Positions 10,219-19,025 of a DNA stretch of 64,000 nucleotides are shown here, one piece after another (the first letter of the stretch is position 1; every line of letters starts with the position of its first letter). The translations under genes and the position numbers were made by a program. This DNA is from Pseudobacteriovorax antillogorgiicola (GTDB taxonomy: Bacteria > Bdellovibrionota_B > Oligoflexia > Oligoflexales > RGVZ01): assembly GCA_945898195.1 (NCBI GenBank), contig CAMDHM010000002.1:1-64000 (forward strand), written 5' to 3'. The notes beneath the pieces are model-generated. The model worked only from the letters and a program-made list of their open reading frames with translations, was not told the DNA's origin and made no database searches.

Positions 10219-11029
10219 AGTTCGCCGCAGCGCCGAGCTGGTAATTTTGGAATCCGCCGAACCCCAAATAGACGCGAGGCCCCAGGGTGATGTTGGGCGC
10301 AACCTCCCAATCTCCACCCGCATGAGCGGTGAAGATGAGGCCGGTGCTTTCAGCAGATGTTGCTTTTTCAAAGTCATCAAGGGGGTCAAGATACACCAAA
10401 ATTAAACCAGCTTCCACCCCCGCGACAGCTGTCATTCCCTTGACCTGAGGGTATTTCAGGTGACCCTCCAAGCCGGCATGGTAGCCGTCCCATGATCCAC
10501 GGTAGGGCTTCCCCTCATAGGTTCCTGCGACGACCACGGGATTGTAGCGAAAGGTTCCTTTGAAATTGATTTTCTTATTTTTTCGCAAGCCAACGGCCGA
10601 ATTTGGCACGTTGAAACCAAGCAATAGATCCGACGAACCTGTTCTTCCAGTGCCGGACGCCTTCCAACCCGAACCGTTGCGGGTTGGCCAAACCATGTTG
10701 AGCGAAGTGCCGATGACGATATTTTCGCTCAGGAATCGTTCCGTTGGGCCCGCTTCTTCGATCGTGGTTTCAACCGACGCATCTTGGGCCGGTTCTCCTT
10801 TGAGGGTGTCCGCGGGCGTTGGCGCTTCGACCGGAGCCACGTCGGCAGGCTTAGGGGTCAGGCCATCTGGAGCTGGAGTTGCCACGGCTTTCTCTAAGTT
10901 TTCGGGCACTACTTTAGCTGGGGGGGGCATGTCCTCCAGTCCTTTGGCAAAGGTCTCCGCCCCTGCCGCTAAAACCCCAATCCAAGCCACAACAAGTTGA
11001 GTGAGGCCGAAGCGCATCATGCGTAGCAT
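10208..11029 (-). CDS. outer-membrane beta-barrel protein with Pro/Ala-rich N-terminal linker
   Basis: Signal peptide. Pro/Ala-rich segment (PPPAKVVPENLEKAVATPAPDGLTPKPADVAPVEAPTPAD). C-terminal beta-strand region ending in …AANFAF (terminal Phe). Contains the C8 tract at 10920-10927. Confidence 0.6.
   Translation of the reverse strand: MLRMMRFGLTQLVVAWIGVLAAGAETFAKGLEDMPPPAKVVPENLEKAVATPAPDGLTPKPADVAPVEAPTPADTLKGEPAQDASVETTIEEAGPTERFLSENIVIGTSLNMVWPTRNGSGWKASGTGRTGSSDLLLGFNVPNSAVGLRKNKKINFKGTFRYNPVVVAGTYEGKPYRGSWDGYHAGLEGHLKYPQVKGMTAVAGVEAGLILVYLDPLDDFEKATSAESTGLIFTAHAGGDWEVAPNITLGPRVYLGFGGFQNYQLGAAANFAF
10920..10927. repeat. homopolymeric G8 (plus strand) / C8 (coding strand) inside the OMP gene
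   Basis: GGGGGGGG at 10920-10927 encodes the PPP of …EDMPPPAKV…, codons 35-37 of the minus-strand gene. Confidence 0.9.
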
Positions 11030-11049
11030 GTTTTTCCCCCGCAGCAGCG

Positions 11050-12177
11050 TTAAAGGAACAAGTTTAAGTGGATGGCGTAACGACGATCCGAAAGCAGTGG
11101 ATCCTGACCCGCCGCCGTGCCGATTTGTTCAGCATAGCTTGCAAGGCGCAGCCGCATGAGCAGGATGTCTAACTGTAAGCCCGCAGTCCATTCGCCTTGG
11201 TGCAGGCCGCCCTGAACCTTCAAAAAGTCCCCCAGGCCATACTCGGTACCAAGGTTAACCTTCTTACTGTAGTGGACGGCTTGATTGACGGCGACGACGT
11301 CGGCATTTACGCTGACGTAATGGCCAGCCGTTTTTATCGGTTTAAAGCTAATGCCGGTATTTACGGCGGCATGTCGGGGTTTAGGGGCTCCCGTTGATTG
11401 ATCGCCGGACGACAGCACTTTTAAAGTTGTGCCGCCAACATCCAGGATGCTGAGGCCAAAAGTCGTGTCTTTTTTTGAATCAGGACGAAACAGCAAGCCA
11501 AAGTCAGTCCCGATGCCGTAGCCACCAAGGATGTAATCGCTCAGGCTGCCAGAACCGCTGGTGCCGTTGGACAGGTTGCTCAAGGTATCGATGTCGAGTG
11601 TTTTCTCAATGCCCAATTGCCCGACCAATTTTACGTTCATCCCCAAGGCCAAGCGGTTGCGCAGGAAGCTTCCTGCGATCCCCACCGGAACATACAATCT
11701 GGGCCCGACATTGACGTCGAAGGTGATGTCGTTATGAAAGGTGACTTGAGTTGGTTCTTCCAACGCAAAGGCAAAACCAAAACCCGGGGCAACAAAATAC
11801 GGCTCAAGCCCAAGGCTCAGACCAAGGGGCTTGCCGCCTTGCTTCTGAATCAATGCAAGGGCGGCATCGACACTGCCCGAGCCTTTTTTTGCAAGCTCGA
11901 GAAGGTCGCTGATGCCACTAGCGGAATTGGCCGAAATTTCAGCGCGCAGGGCTAAAACCTCAAAAGTCCAAGTTTTGAGCCAGGCTAGGCCTGCCGGATT
12001 GTAATAGAGGGCGTTGAAGTCATCCGCCTGCCCAACAAAGGCGTTGCCCATTCCGAGCGGGCGGACGCCAAAGTGAGTCCAGCGCAATTCTTCTGCGAGG
12101 GCTGTGCCCGCGCAGAACGCGATCGTTGCAGCAAACGCCAAGCGCGTCATGCATGCCGTCTTGGCGGCGCGGCGCAT
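11050..12177 (-). CDS. outer-membrane beta-barrel protein (FadL/OMPP1-like size), function unknown
   Basis: Signal peptide (…AFCAGTALA). Gly/aromatic-rich amphipathic strands. C-terminus …HLNLFL. First gene of the envelope operon, divergent from tetR. Confidence 0.55.
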   Translation of the reverse strand: MRRAAKTACMTRLAFAATIAFCAGTALAEELRWTHFGVRPLGMGNAFVGQADDFNALYYNPAGLAWLKTWTFEVLALRAEISANSASGISDLLELAKKGSGSVDAALALIQKQGGKPLGLSLGLEPYFVAPGFGFAFALEEPTQVTFHNDITFDVNVGPRLYVPVGIAGSFLRNRLALGMNVKLVGQLGIEKTLDIDTLSNLSNGTSGSGSLSDYILGGYGIGTDFGLLFRPDSKKDTTFGLSILDVGGTTLKVLSSGDQSTGAPKPRHAAVNTGISFKPIKTAGHYVSVNADVVAVNQAVHYSKKVNLGTEYGLGDFLKVQGGLHQGEWTAGLQLDILLMRLRLASYAEQIGTAAGQDPLLSDRRYAIHLNLFL

Positions 12178-12324
12178 GAAAACCTCCTCAAGGGTGAAGG
12201 CGGCAGAAATAATTGTCGAGGAAACCTGTCGACTTTAGCACAAACTGCTTTCTTTGCGAACGGCCCTGTATTGCTCGAAGAACTTTTTGAGTGTTAGGAT
12301 CAGGGCCTCACTGGGAGAAGAACT

Positions 12325-12939
12325 ATGTCAAAGGCCGATGTTGCTGCTGAGCGCAAGGAACAGATCGTTCGTGCGACGGTGGATTGCATATCAAAATTTG
12401 GGTACCACAACTTTTCCATGCAGGACGTGGCGCGGACTGCCGGGGTCAGCAAGGGAATCATCCATTACTATTTTCTGAACAAGGATGAGTTGATGATGTC
12501 CGTCTTGGACAAGGTGGCTGGCGATATCGAGCGAGTTCTGCAGTCCGATATGGCGAATATTGAAGACCCATTTCAAAAGATGGAAATCTTCGTGAATGTC
12601 TGCTTTGACGTGGTTCGCAGCACCCGTGAATACTACCAGGTCAACATGGATTTTTGGACGCAGATCAATCAGAAGGACGAAGTGCGGGGTGTGATTGCGC
12701 GCCACTACGCAAAATTCAGAGAGACCGCAGCAAAGGTTGTGCGCCAAGGGTTGCAATCCGGAAAATTTCGTCAGGTTGATCCAGCTCAGTACGGTTCTTT
12801 CGTTATCGCTGTGATTGACGGGCTCAGCCTTCAGTGGCTTTTTGACGACAAGGTGTTTGACTACGATGGCATGGTGAAGGTCGCCAGTCGGTTGATCATC
12901 GAAGGGTTGTTACCCGAACGATCAGATCAGAGGATGTAA
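12325..12939 (+). CDS. TetR/AcrR-family transcriptional regulator
   Basis: N-terminal HTH 'FSMQDVARTAGVSKGIIHYYFLNKDEL'. ~200 aa, a typical TetR size. Confidence 0.85.
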   Translation: MSKADVAAERKEQIVRATVDCISKFGYHNFSMQDVARTAGVSKGIIHYYFLNKDELMMSVLDKVAGDIERVLQSDMANIEDPFQKMEIFVNVCFDVVRSTREYYQVNMDFWTQINQKDEVRGVIARHYAKFRETAAKVVRQGLQSGKFRQVDPAQYGSFVIAVIDGLSLQWLFDDKVFDYDGMVKVASRLIIEGLLPERSDQRM

Positions 12940-12941
12940 TA

Positions 12942-14012
12942 TTGCTGGAGGCCCTTGCCAGAATTTCATCCGGCCGGCGATTGTCGTCTGGTGACGAGCA
13001 GGACGCTCTTGACGAGCTCGAATGCAACGAATGCTGGCAACCGCTTTTTCGTTATCTCGATCAGGCTTTGGCCACTGGTGGGCAGAGTCTGCCAAGCCAC
13101 TATCAACGGCTTATTCGCCTCCGCTTGAGTTATTTCGAGGATATTTCCACCGCTCAGGCGCTCGCGTCAGACATGATTCGCCGCTGCCATCTTGATTTTT
13201 CTTCTTTTCGTGACGCACTGCTGAACGAACAGGTGATTCCAGGGGCTGAAGCGGGGCATGAGGCGGCCTTGCTGGAGGCAGCGACCGAGGCCTTTAGTGC
13301 ACGTTCGGAACGGGTCCAGGCATTTGAAAAGCTCGCGGCAGTTTACGAAAAGCGCCTTTTCAATGAAGTAAGGCTACAACAGGTTTTTGAACGACTGATC
13401 CAACTTGATCCCGACAACATAAAAGCACTTCGCTATTTTAAACTCGCCTTTTCCCAAAACAATGACTGGGAGCAGGTTGCCCGGATTCTGAAACGCCTGA
13501 TTGAAGTGGTTCAAACCCGTCCAGAGAAATTTCGGCTGGCGCACGATCTGGCATACAGCCTCGTGTATCATCTGAACCAGCCGCGCGACGCCATTTTGGT
13601 TCTGGATCGCCATTGCAAGGATAGTCCCCTGGATGTTTCTCAGATTGAATTTGATGCGGCTTACAGACTTGGTGATTTGGATCGCTGCATCAAGGTGATG
13701 CAATTAGCCTTAAGCAGTGTCCGCGATGATGCTGGAAAGGCAATCCTACAATTTCGAACGGCCGACCTTTTTCGTAAGTCGGGAAAGCCTCGCGAGTGTG
13801 AGAAAAGTTTGCGCGAGTCTCTGGCCACCTGGCAGGTCTTTTTGGATCCGTTTGAGCCGATCATTCAGCTGCAAATTGATGAAAAGCGCTGGGTCCATGT
13901 GGCGGCCTCGTTACGGGCACTTGCCCTTCGTGTTCAAGATAAGGAACTAGTCGATCAAATCCAGCAAGCGGTTCGTCGCATCGAGGCCGGACTTGATGAT
14001 CAGTCAACATGA
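12942..14012 (+). CDS. hypothetical helical (TPR-like) protein, 356 aa
   Basis: TTG start 2 nt after the tetR stop, with GAGGA upstream. Predicted all-helical repeat character. No catalytic motif recognised. Confidence 0.55.
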   Translation: MLEALARISSGRRLSSGDEQDALDELECNECWQPLFRYLDQALATGGQSLPSHYQRLIRLRLSYFEDISTAQALASDMIRRCHLDFSSFRDALLNEQVIPGAEAGHEAALLEAATEAFSARSERVQAFEKLAAVYEKRLFNEVRLQQVFERLIQLDPDNIKALRYFKLAFSQNNDWEQVARILKRLIEVVQTRPEKFRLAHDLAYSLVYHLNQPRDAILVLDRHCKDSPLDVSQIEFDAAYRLGDLDRCIKVMQLALSSVRDDAGKAILQFRTADLFRKSGKPRECEKSLRESLATWQVFLDPFEPIIQLQIDEKRWVHVAASLRALALRVQDKELVDQIQQAVRRIEAGLDDQST

Positions 14013-14998
14013 CGGTCCAGCCGGAAATATTCGTGACGGTTCCCGAGCAAATTTCAATTGGTATTCGTGGCTTTGCCTCAAAGCTGATCGCCTCAGACGG
14101 CACCAGTAAGTTTTTAGGCCACCGCTTTGAAGAATGGCTCGTCAAGCAGGCGATCGGTCAGGGCTTGATCAATTACAAAGGGGCGATGCCGTCGCGGATC
14201 GCCTTGTTCACATCCGAGGCTGAATTAGATGTGATCTCGCGCAGCGGTCTCTGCGCAACCATGGCATCAGCCTTTCGCGGTAGCCTTGAGCTGCGTGAGT
14301 TGACCCAGCCCACACTTCGGGATTTTCTCGTGGCTCACGCGACCTCGTCCGGTGAGCCAGTCATGGTCGTGCTTTTGGGCACAGAAAAACGACCAACGGC
14401 CTGGCCTTTGCCTGATTTTGCGAAACTTGTCCCCGCGCCGTCACCCTCCAAAGTGGTTTCGGTACGAAAAAGCCAAGGCAACACTTTTGGACATGCTGGG
14501 GAGTGGCTGAGGTTTGATCGAAGGGGCGCCTGCTCGGTCATTGACTTCAAGGTGGCGGAATCTTTTGGGGATACGTCGAGAGCCAATGCAGCGGTGGCTT
14601 TTGAATATAGTTGGGGTGTTTGGGCTTCGATTTTGCCGGTGGTTCATTCACCGATAGGCAGGTTGAAAGTGGAAACCCTCAAGCTGGCCTCCAAAATGGC
14701 TGGGCAGTTGGTTTTGTCCACATCGGCAAAAGAAAAAATCAGCCAATTTCTGAATCAGTCAGGGTTGGAGGCGAGTGGAATCATCGTTGGATCCTTTCCA
14801 ACTCCCGAGGCAGGACGATGGTTTTTTCAAGCCGCCGGCATTTCACCCCTCGTCGTTGATCGAGTGGAGTTCTGTGAAGAATTACATGGATGGGGGCCGG
14901 CCTTCAGCCTTCTCCGGTTTTCAACCGATTATCCGGCGGGTTCGCGGATGCTAGTGATGCGCGATTTGGGCTCGATTGATTTGGTGGTGGTCGCATGA
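14009..14998 (+). CDS. hypothetical protein, 329 aa
   Basis: Start overlaps the upstream stop (ATGA). No recognisable motif. Confidence 0.55.
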   Translation: MTVQPEIFVTVPEQISIGIRGFASKLIASDGTSKFLGHRFEEWLVKQAIGQGLINYKGAMPSRIALFTSEAELDVISRSGLCATMASAFRGSLELRELTQPTLRDFLVAHATSSGEPVMVVLLGTEKRPTAWPLPDFAKLVPAPSPSKVVSVRKSQGNTFGHAGEWLRFDRRGACSVIDFKVAESFGDTSRANAAVAFEYSWGVWASILPVVHSPIGRLKVETLKLASKMAGQLVLSTSAKEKISQFLNQSGLEASGIIVGSFPTPEAGRWFFQAAGISPLVVDRVEFCEELHGWGPAFSLLRFSTDYPAGSRMLVMRDLGSIDLVVVA

Positions 14999-17001
14999 CT
15001 TTTACGCGCATGCCATGCAAGGGAGTAGACGTTCTAATCGTTGATGGATCCAGCATTAATGTTGAGGCCCTCAACGCAGGTGCAAAGGGTGCGGTAAATG
15101 AATTCATCAAATTTCTCAAAGGGGTGGGAACAGCCATTGACGCTTTTGAAGCCGGCTCTCGGCCTGGCAGCAAGATGGTTGCGCTTTGGGGATTTGGGCC
15201 GCTGGTTGAACGCGCTGGGGGCGCAGGTGGGCCCTTGATGTTCGATGAGTTGCTTTCGCTTCGTCATGATTTGCGCGAGGCTTTGATCGTAAGCTCAATC
15301 TGGAAAGTACCTTCCATTTTTTTTGGTCATGGCGATTGCGCGAGCCCCGTTATGGAAATTATTCGGATGTGCCGGATGCGTATTTGGCTCGACCCGGCAG
15401 CCGTTTTTCGTGGGTCGCCTGGACACTGGGCTTTTGCACTGATGGGCGTCGATCCCTTTAACGGAGCGTCCCCAAAAAACGGAGCTGTGATGGCTCCATG
15501 GGAAATATCGGTGGAAGGAGCGCAGAAAATCGGGTTTCTTGATGGGTGCCTTGAAAGCGATCCGCTGGGGCATTCTATACCAGCCCTTATCGAAAGGTTT
15601 GCGCCGCTGTTGCAGGGCCGCGTTAGATCAGATTCAGACGATTCAAGGCGATCCGGGGAACTAGGATTTCGTGATTTGTTGGTCCGCAACCGCCAGAAGT
15701 GCGGACGTCTTGCTGAGGGAAGTTCACGAAACTTGCGTGAAGCTATGGCAAAAGATCCTGCCGACTTAGCTAGCGCAGAATTAGCGACAGTTTACCTTGG
15801 TCTGAATCGCAAATATGAGATGGAAGCCCTGCCGACTAAATCGGCAAATGCTGATTCACCGGTTTTTGCACCCCAAGTGTTTGGCGCCGTGGTTGATTTG
15901 TCGGAGGGAATTCTTGCCCCAGGGTTTTTGATGGAGCTTGCGCGGCGAAGGGGGTTTGTTTTCCTGACGTCAACTCAGACTTCGCAACTTCCGGCGAGGC
16001 TTCAAGCCCAAAAGACCAGCCTTTCAATGAAACTTGGCGTGAATAAAGCTCAGGCCTTTTGGGATAGGAACGTGATCCCGTGTGGGGCGGGTTCGATGGA
16101 TCCCGCAAGAATCCTGCTGCCGCTCATTCGAGCAGGAGTGAGCCCCGAGTCGGTCACGATCTATATTCCTGGCGAAGGTCATTGGGGGCTCGATTTATTG
16201 CCCGCACTGGCGGAGCCTACGGTTTCCTCGTTTGCTGGCTTTAGAATGATGCCTGGAGTGATCCGTTCTAGTGATTCAGATTGGCCCTCTTGCGATGAGG
16301 ATCGATGGCTAGAGGCTCGGCCAGGGTTGACGGAAATTTTGCGAGTTTTTACGGGCGGCGTCATTTTTAGCCGCGAGTTCAATCCGGCCGGTTTTCGTTC
16401 GCTATTTCATCATTTGTTGGGTTACCACGCGGTGAATTCAGGATGGCCTTTGGAGGATGTTTGGAAGGAACTGTCTGCAAATGGGTGGTCCATGGACGCC
16501 ATGAGCGCGGTTCGAAAAACATTAGATTTGGCTGGAATAAACGGAATTCGCCTGCCGGAAAGGGAGCGCAGGTTGGCCCATCCCTTGCCAGCGATCAAGA
16601 TTCACGCCCGGGCATTGGTCGATTGGATGGCTGAGGCCATGGGTCAGGATTCCTATGCCAAAGAGCTCCTTAGCGGCTTGGCGGGAATTCCCGTGTCCTT
16701 GATGGTGGCCCTGACGGGAGACGACAAACCGCCTTTGGGCAGGCCAATTCAATTTTTTTCAGAGGCGCCCGCGCCATTTTTTGCACTTTCCCCATGGCGC
16801 GGAACCGCAGTCCGTGCAGGGTGCTGGGGTACGGGGTTGGAGATTCCGGGTGAGGCTGTTCGAAAGAAGAGGTTGGAAGAGCACTTCGCGGCGAGTGTCT
16901 TACAAATGCCACAACGCTTTATTGACGCTGTGTCGAAAACAACACAAATTCCGTCCGAGGTTTGGGTGTCGGCATTTCAGAAAAAGACGGAAGTCCGCTG
17001 A
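14995..17001 (+). CDS. hypothetical protein, 668 aa
   Basis: Start overlaps the upstream stop (ATGA). No recognisable motif. Last gene of the tetR-led operon. Confidence 0.55.
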   Translation: MTFTRMPCKGVDVLIVDGSSINVEALNAGAKGAVNEFIKFLKGVGTAIDAFEAGSRPGSKMVALWGFGPLVERAGGAGGPLMFDELLSLRHDLREALIVSSIWKVPSIFFGHGDCASPVMEIIRMCRMRIWLDPAAVFRGSPGHWAFALMGVDPFNGASPKNGAVMAPWEISVEGAQKIGFLDGCLESDPLGHSIPALIERFAPLLQGRVRSDSDDSRRSGELGFRDLLVRNRQKCGRLAEGSSRNLREAMAKDPADLASAELATVYLGLNRKYEMEALPTKSANADSPVFAPQVFGAVVDLSEGILAPGFLMELARRRGFVFLTSTQTSQLPARLQAQKTSLSMKLGVNKAQAFWDRNVIPCGAGSMDPARILLPLIRAGVSPESVTIYIPGEGHWGLDLLPALAEPTVSSFAGFRMMPGVIRSSDSDWPSCDEDRWLEARPGLTEILRVFTGGVIFSREFNPAGFRSLFHHLLGYHAVNSGWPLEDVWKELSANGWSMDAMSAVRKTLDLAGINGIRLPERERRLAHPLPAIKIHARALVDWMAEAMGQDSYAKELLSGLAGIPVSLMVALTGDDKPPLGRPIQFFSEAPAPFFALSPWRGTAVRAGCWGTGLEIPGEAVRKKRLEEHFAASVLQMPQRFIDAVSKTTQIPSEVWVSAFQKKTEVR

Positions 17002-17070
17002 GGGCAGGGTTTTTGCTGCTGCGCTGGAGTCGCTGGCGGGCTGGCATACTTTCTGCTAACTAGATTTGGT

Positions 17071-17976
17071 ATGCACAAACTTCAGCAAAATACCATCAAG
17101 CAACGCGTTGATTTTTCCGGCGTAGGATTGCACTCCGGCATTCCCGCCACAATGTCGGTTCTTCCGGCTGGGATCGGTCACGGGGTTGTTTTTAAACGAA
17201 CCGATTCGGCGGCGGCTTCTCCTGTAAAGGCCTCTTGGGAGCAAGTCAGCATCACCGACCTTTCGACTTCGGTTGGCGCAAATGAATCGCGCGTTTCTAC
17301 AATCGAGCACCTCATGGCAGCGTTGTGTGGTCTTGGGATTGACAACGCTATGGTTGAGATCTCCGGCCCTGAGGTTCCAATACTGGACGGCAGCGCAAAG
17401 CAATTTGTCGAGGCATTTGAGTCCTCAGGCCTTCAAATTCAGAATGGGCCAAAGCAAATCTGGCGGATTAAAAAGGCATTTCTTTTTGAGGATGGGGTCA
17501 AGGTCGTGAAGCTAGAACCGGCCGCTTTTACGGAATACCGGTGCACCATTAGTTTCACGGATTCTGTGATCGGCCGACAGACCATCGTTTATCGGCACTC
17601 TGCTAAGGCCTTTGCCGAACTTGCTATGGCCCGGACGTTTTGCCACTACCGGGACATTGATACCATGCAACGAGCCGGACTTGCGTTGGGTGGTTCATTG
17701 GAAAACGCCGTTGTGGTGACCGATGAAGGGGTGATGAATCCGGATGGTTTGAAGGGCGGAGACGAATTTGTGCGCCACAAGCTGCTCGACGCCATCGGTG
17801 ACCTGTCGTTGCTTGGGGCTCCTTTGGCCGGACGCATCACGCTTTACAAGACCGGTCACGGAATTCATGCAAAGTTCATGCGTGAGTTGATGAAACACAA
17901 AGACGAATTTTTAGAGTTGACGGTGCCGTTTCAAGCCGATGCGGGACCAGCTGGGTTGCCAGAATTGATGTCTTGA
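17071..17976 (+). CDS. lpxC: UDP-3-O-acyl-N-acetylglucosamine deacetylase
   Basis: 301 aa. N-terminus MHKLQQNTIKQRVDFSGVGLHSG… and overall LpxC architecture. Confidence 0.85.
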   Translation: MHKLQQNTIKQRVDFSGVGLHSGIPATMSVLPAGIGHGVVFKRTDSAAASPVKASWEQVSITDLSTSVGANESRVSTIEHLMAALCGLGIDNAMVEISGPEVPILDGSAKQFVEAFESSGLQIQNGPKQIWRIKKAFLFEDGVKVVKLEPAAFTEYRCTISFTDSVIGRQTIVYRHSAKAFAELAMARTFCHYRDIDTMQRAGLALGGSLENAVVVTDEGVMNPDGLKGGDEFVRHKLLDAIGDLSLLGAPLAGRITLYKTGHGIHAKFMRELMKHKDEFLELTVPFQADAGPAGLPELMS

Positions 17977-18884
17977 CCCTGCCCGGTCAAGACGGCCAAC
18001 AGCGCGGCGGCGCCGCGAAACCAGCCTTTTTTTTGAAGGCATTTCAGAACTTCGGAAATATCTGCGGTGACAATGGCGTTGTTTAATTTTCCGTTGATGT
18101 CGTGAAACCAGCCTATTTCTTCAATAAAGTCGGCTTCGCTTTTGACAAAGAGGGCGAGCTTTGCCGCATAAACAACCAGCAAGCTTTTGTTGAGATCGCT
18201 CGCAAAAAGTTGACGGATTGCCTTGACGGCTTCGGACCGTCTCGGTGCACCCAGTTCACGGTCAGATTCACATGTGGTGCAAGCAATGGCGCATTGCAAG
18301 ATGACAATTTCTGCTCCGAGGCCATTTACGGAAGTGCAAGATTGCAGGGCCTGCCAAGCTTCGTCGTTGTGGCCGATGACAAAGGCCGCTTTAGCCAATT
18401 GAAACCAGATGGCGGCATCTTTTTCGTTCATGGCGAGGGCGATGCGCAGGCTATTGATGGCCTGCTCGGGTCGGCCACTTTCCAGGTAGGCCTGCCCCAT
18501 GAGGCCATGCACGTGGTAACCATTGTCATCGATTTTTTCGCATTCCTCGATGCAAATCTCGAACTGATTCATGTTGAATGCAAGCCAGGCGCTGGTGAAC
18601 CTTAATGCCGTAAGTCCGGTGAGGTTAGTCATCCTAAGGATCGTGGAAAACGTTCGCTTTTCTTGCTCCCATTCAAACGATGCGGCGGCCACGGAAGAGA
18701 TGATATCGACGGCACTTTTTCCGTTTTCATTCAGGATTTGTTCCGCTTGAAGAAAGTCACCGAGAGGATTGCCCGAGACCTCGCAGAAGAGTGAACTGGC
18801 CTTCACCCAAGTGTCAATTTGGACGGCGCCAGACTGGCGGGAGATAGCCTCACAAGCAGAAATTAAAATTTCAGATGGCGTCAT
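17931..18884 (-). CDS. TPR-repeat protein
   Basis: 317 aa with multiple TPR-like helical repeats. The 3' end overlaps lpxC convergently by 46 bp. Confidence 0.55.
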   Translation of the reverse strand: MTPSEILISACEAISRQSGAVQIDTWVKASSLFCEVSGNPLGDFLQAEQILNENGKSAVDIISSVAAASFEWEQEKRTFSTILRMTNLTGLTALRFTSAWLAFNMNQFEICIEECEKIDDNGYHVHGLMGQAYLESGRPEQAINSLRIALAMNEKDAAIWFQLAKAAFVIGHNDEAWQALQSCTSVNGLGAEIVILQCAIACTTCESDRELGAPRRSEAVKAIRQLFASDLNKSLLVVYAAKLALFVKSEADFIEEIGWFHDINGKLNNAIVTADISEVLKCLQKKGWFRGAAALLAVLTGQGQDINSGNPAGPASA

Positions 18885-19025
18885 GCAATTCCCGATGGGT
18901 GTTGATGGCTGGAATCATATCACGGGGCAGGCAAACCTGTGTCGTCGACTGTGATGTCATTGGTCAGACGCTTTGACTTCTGGCTTGATGCCGCCTAACG
19001 GGGCGCAATCTCGCCGTGTGAAGGG

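Noticed and set aside
14995-15600. Crotonase/ClpP-fold similarity in the N-terminus of the 668-aa operon protein (…FFGHGDCASPVMEIIRMCRMRIWL…)
   Set aside because: The Gly-rich/Glu/Cys-Arg pattern is superficially reminiscent of the enoyl-CoA hydratase oxyanion-hole region. The spacing of the conserved Glu relative to the Gly cluster does not match, so I am not proposing this assignment.
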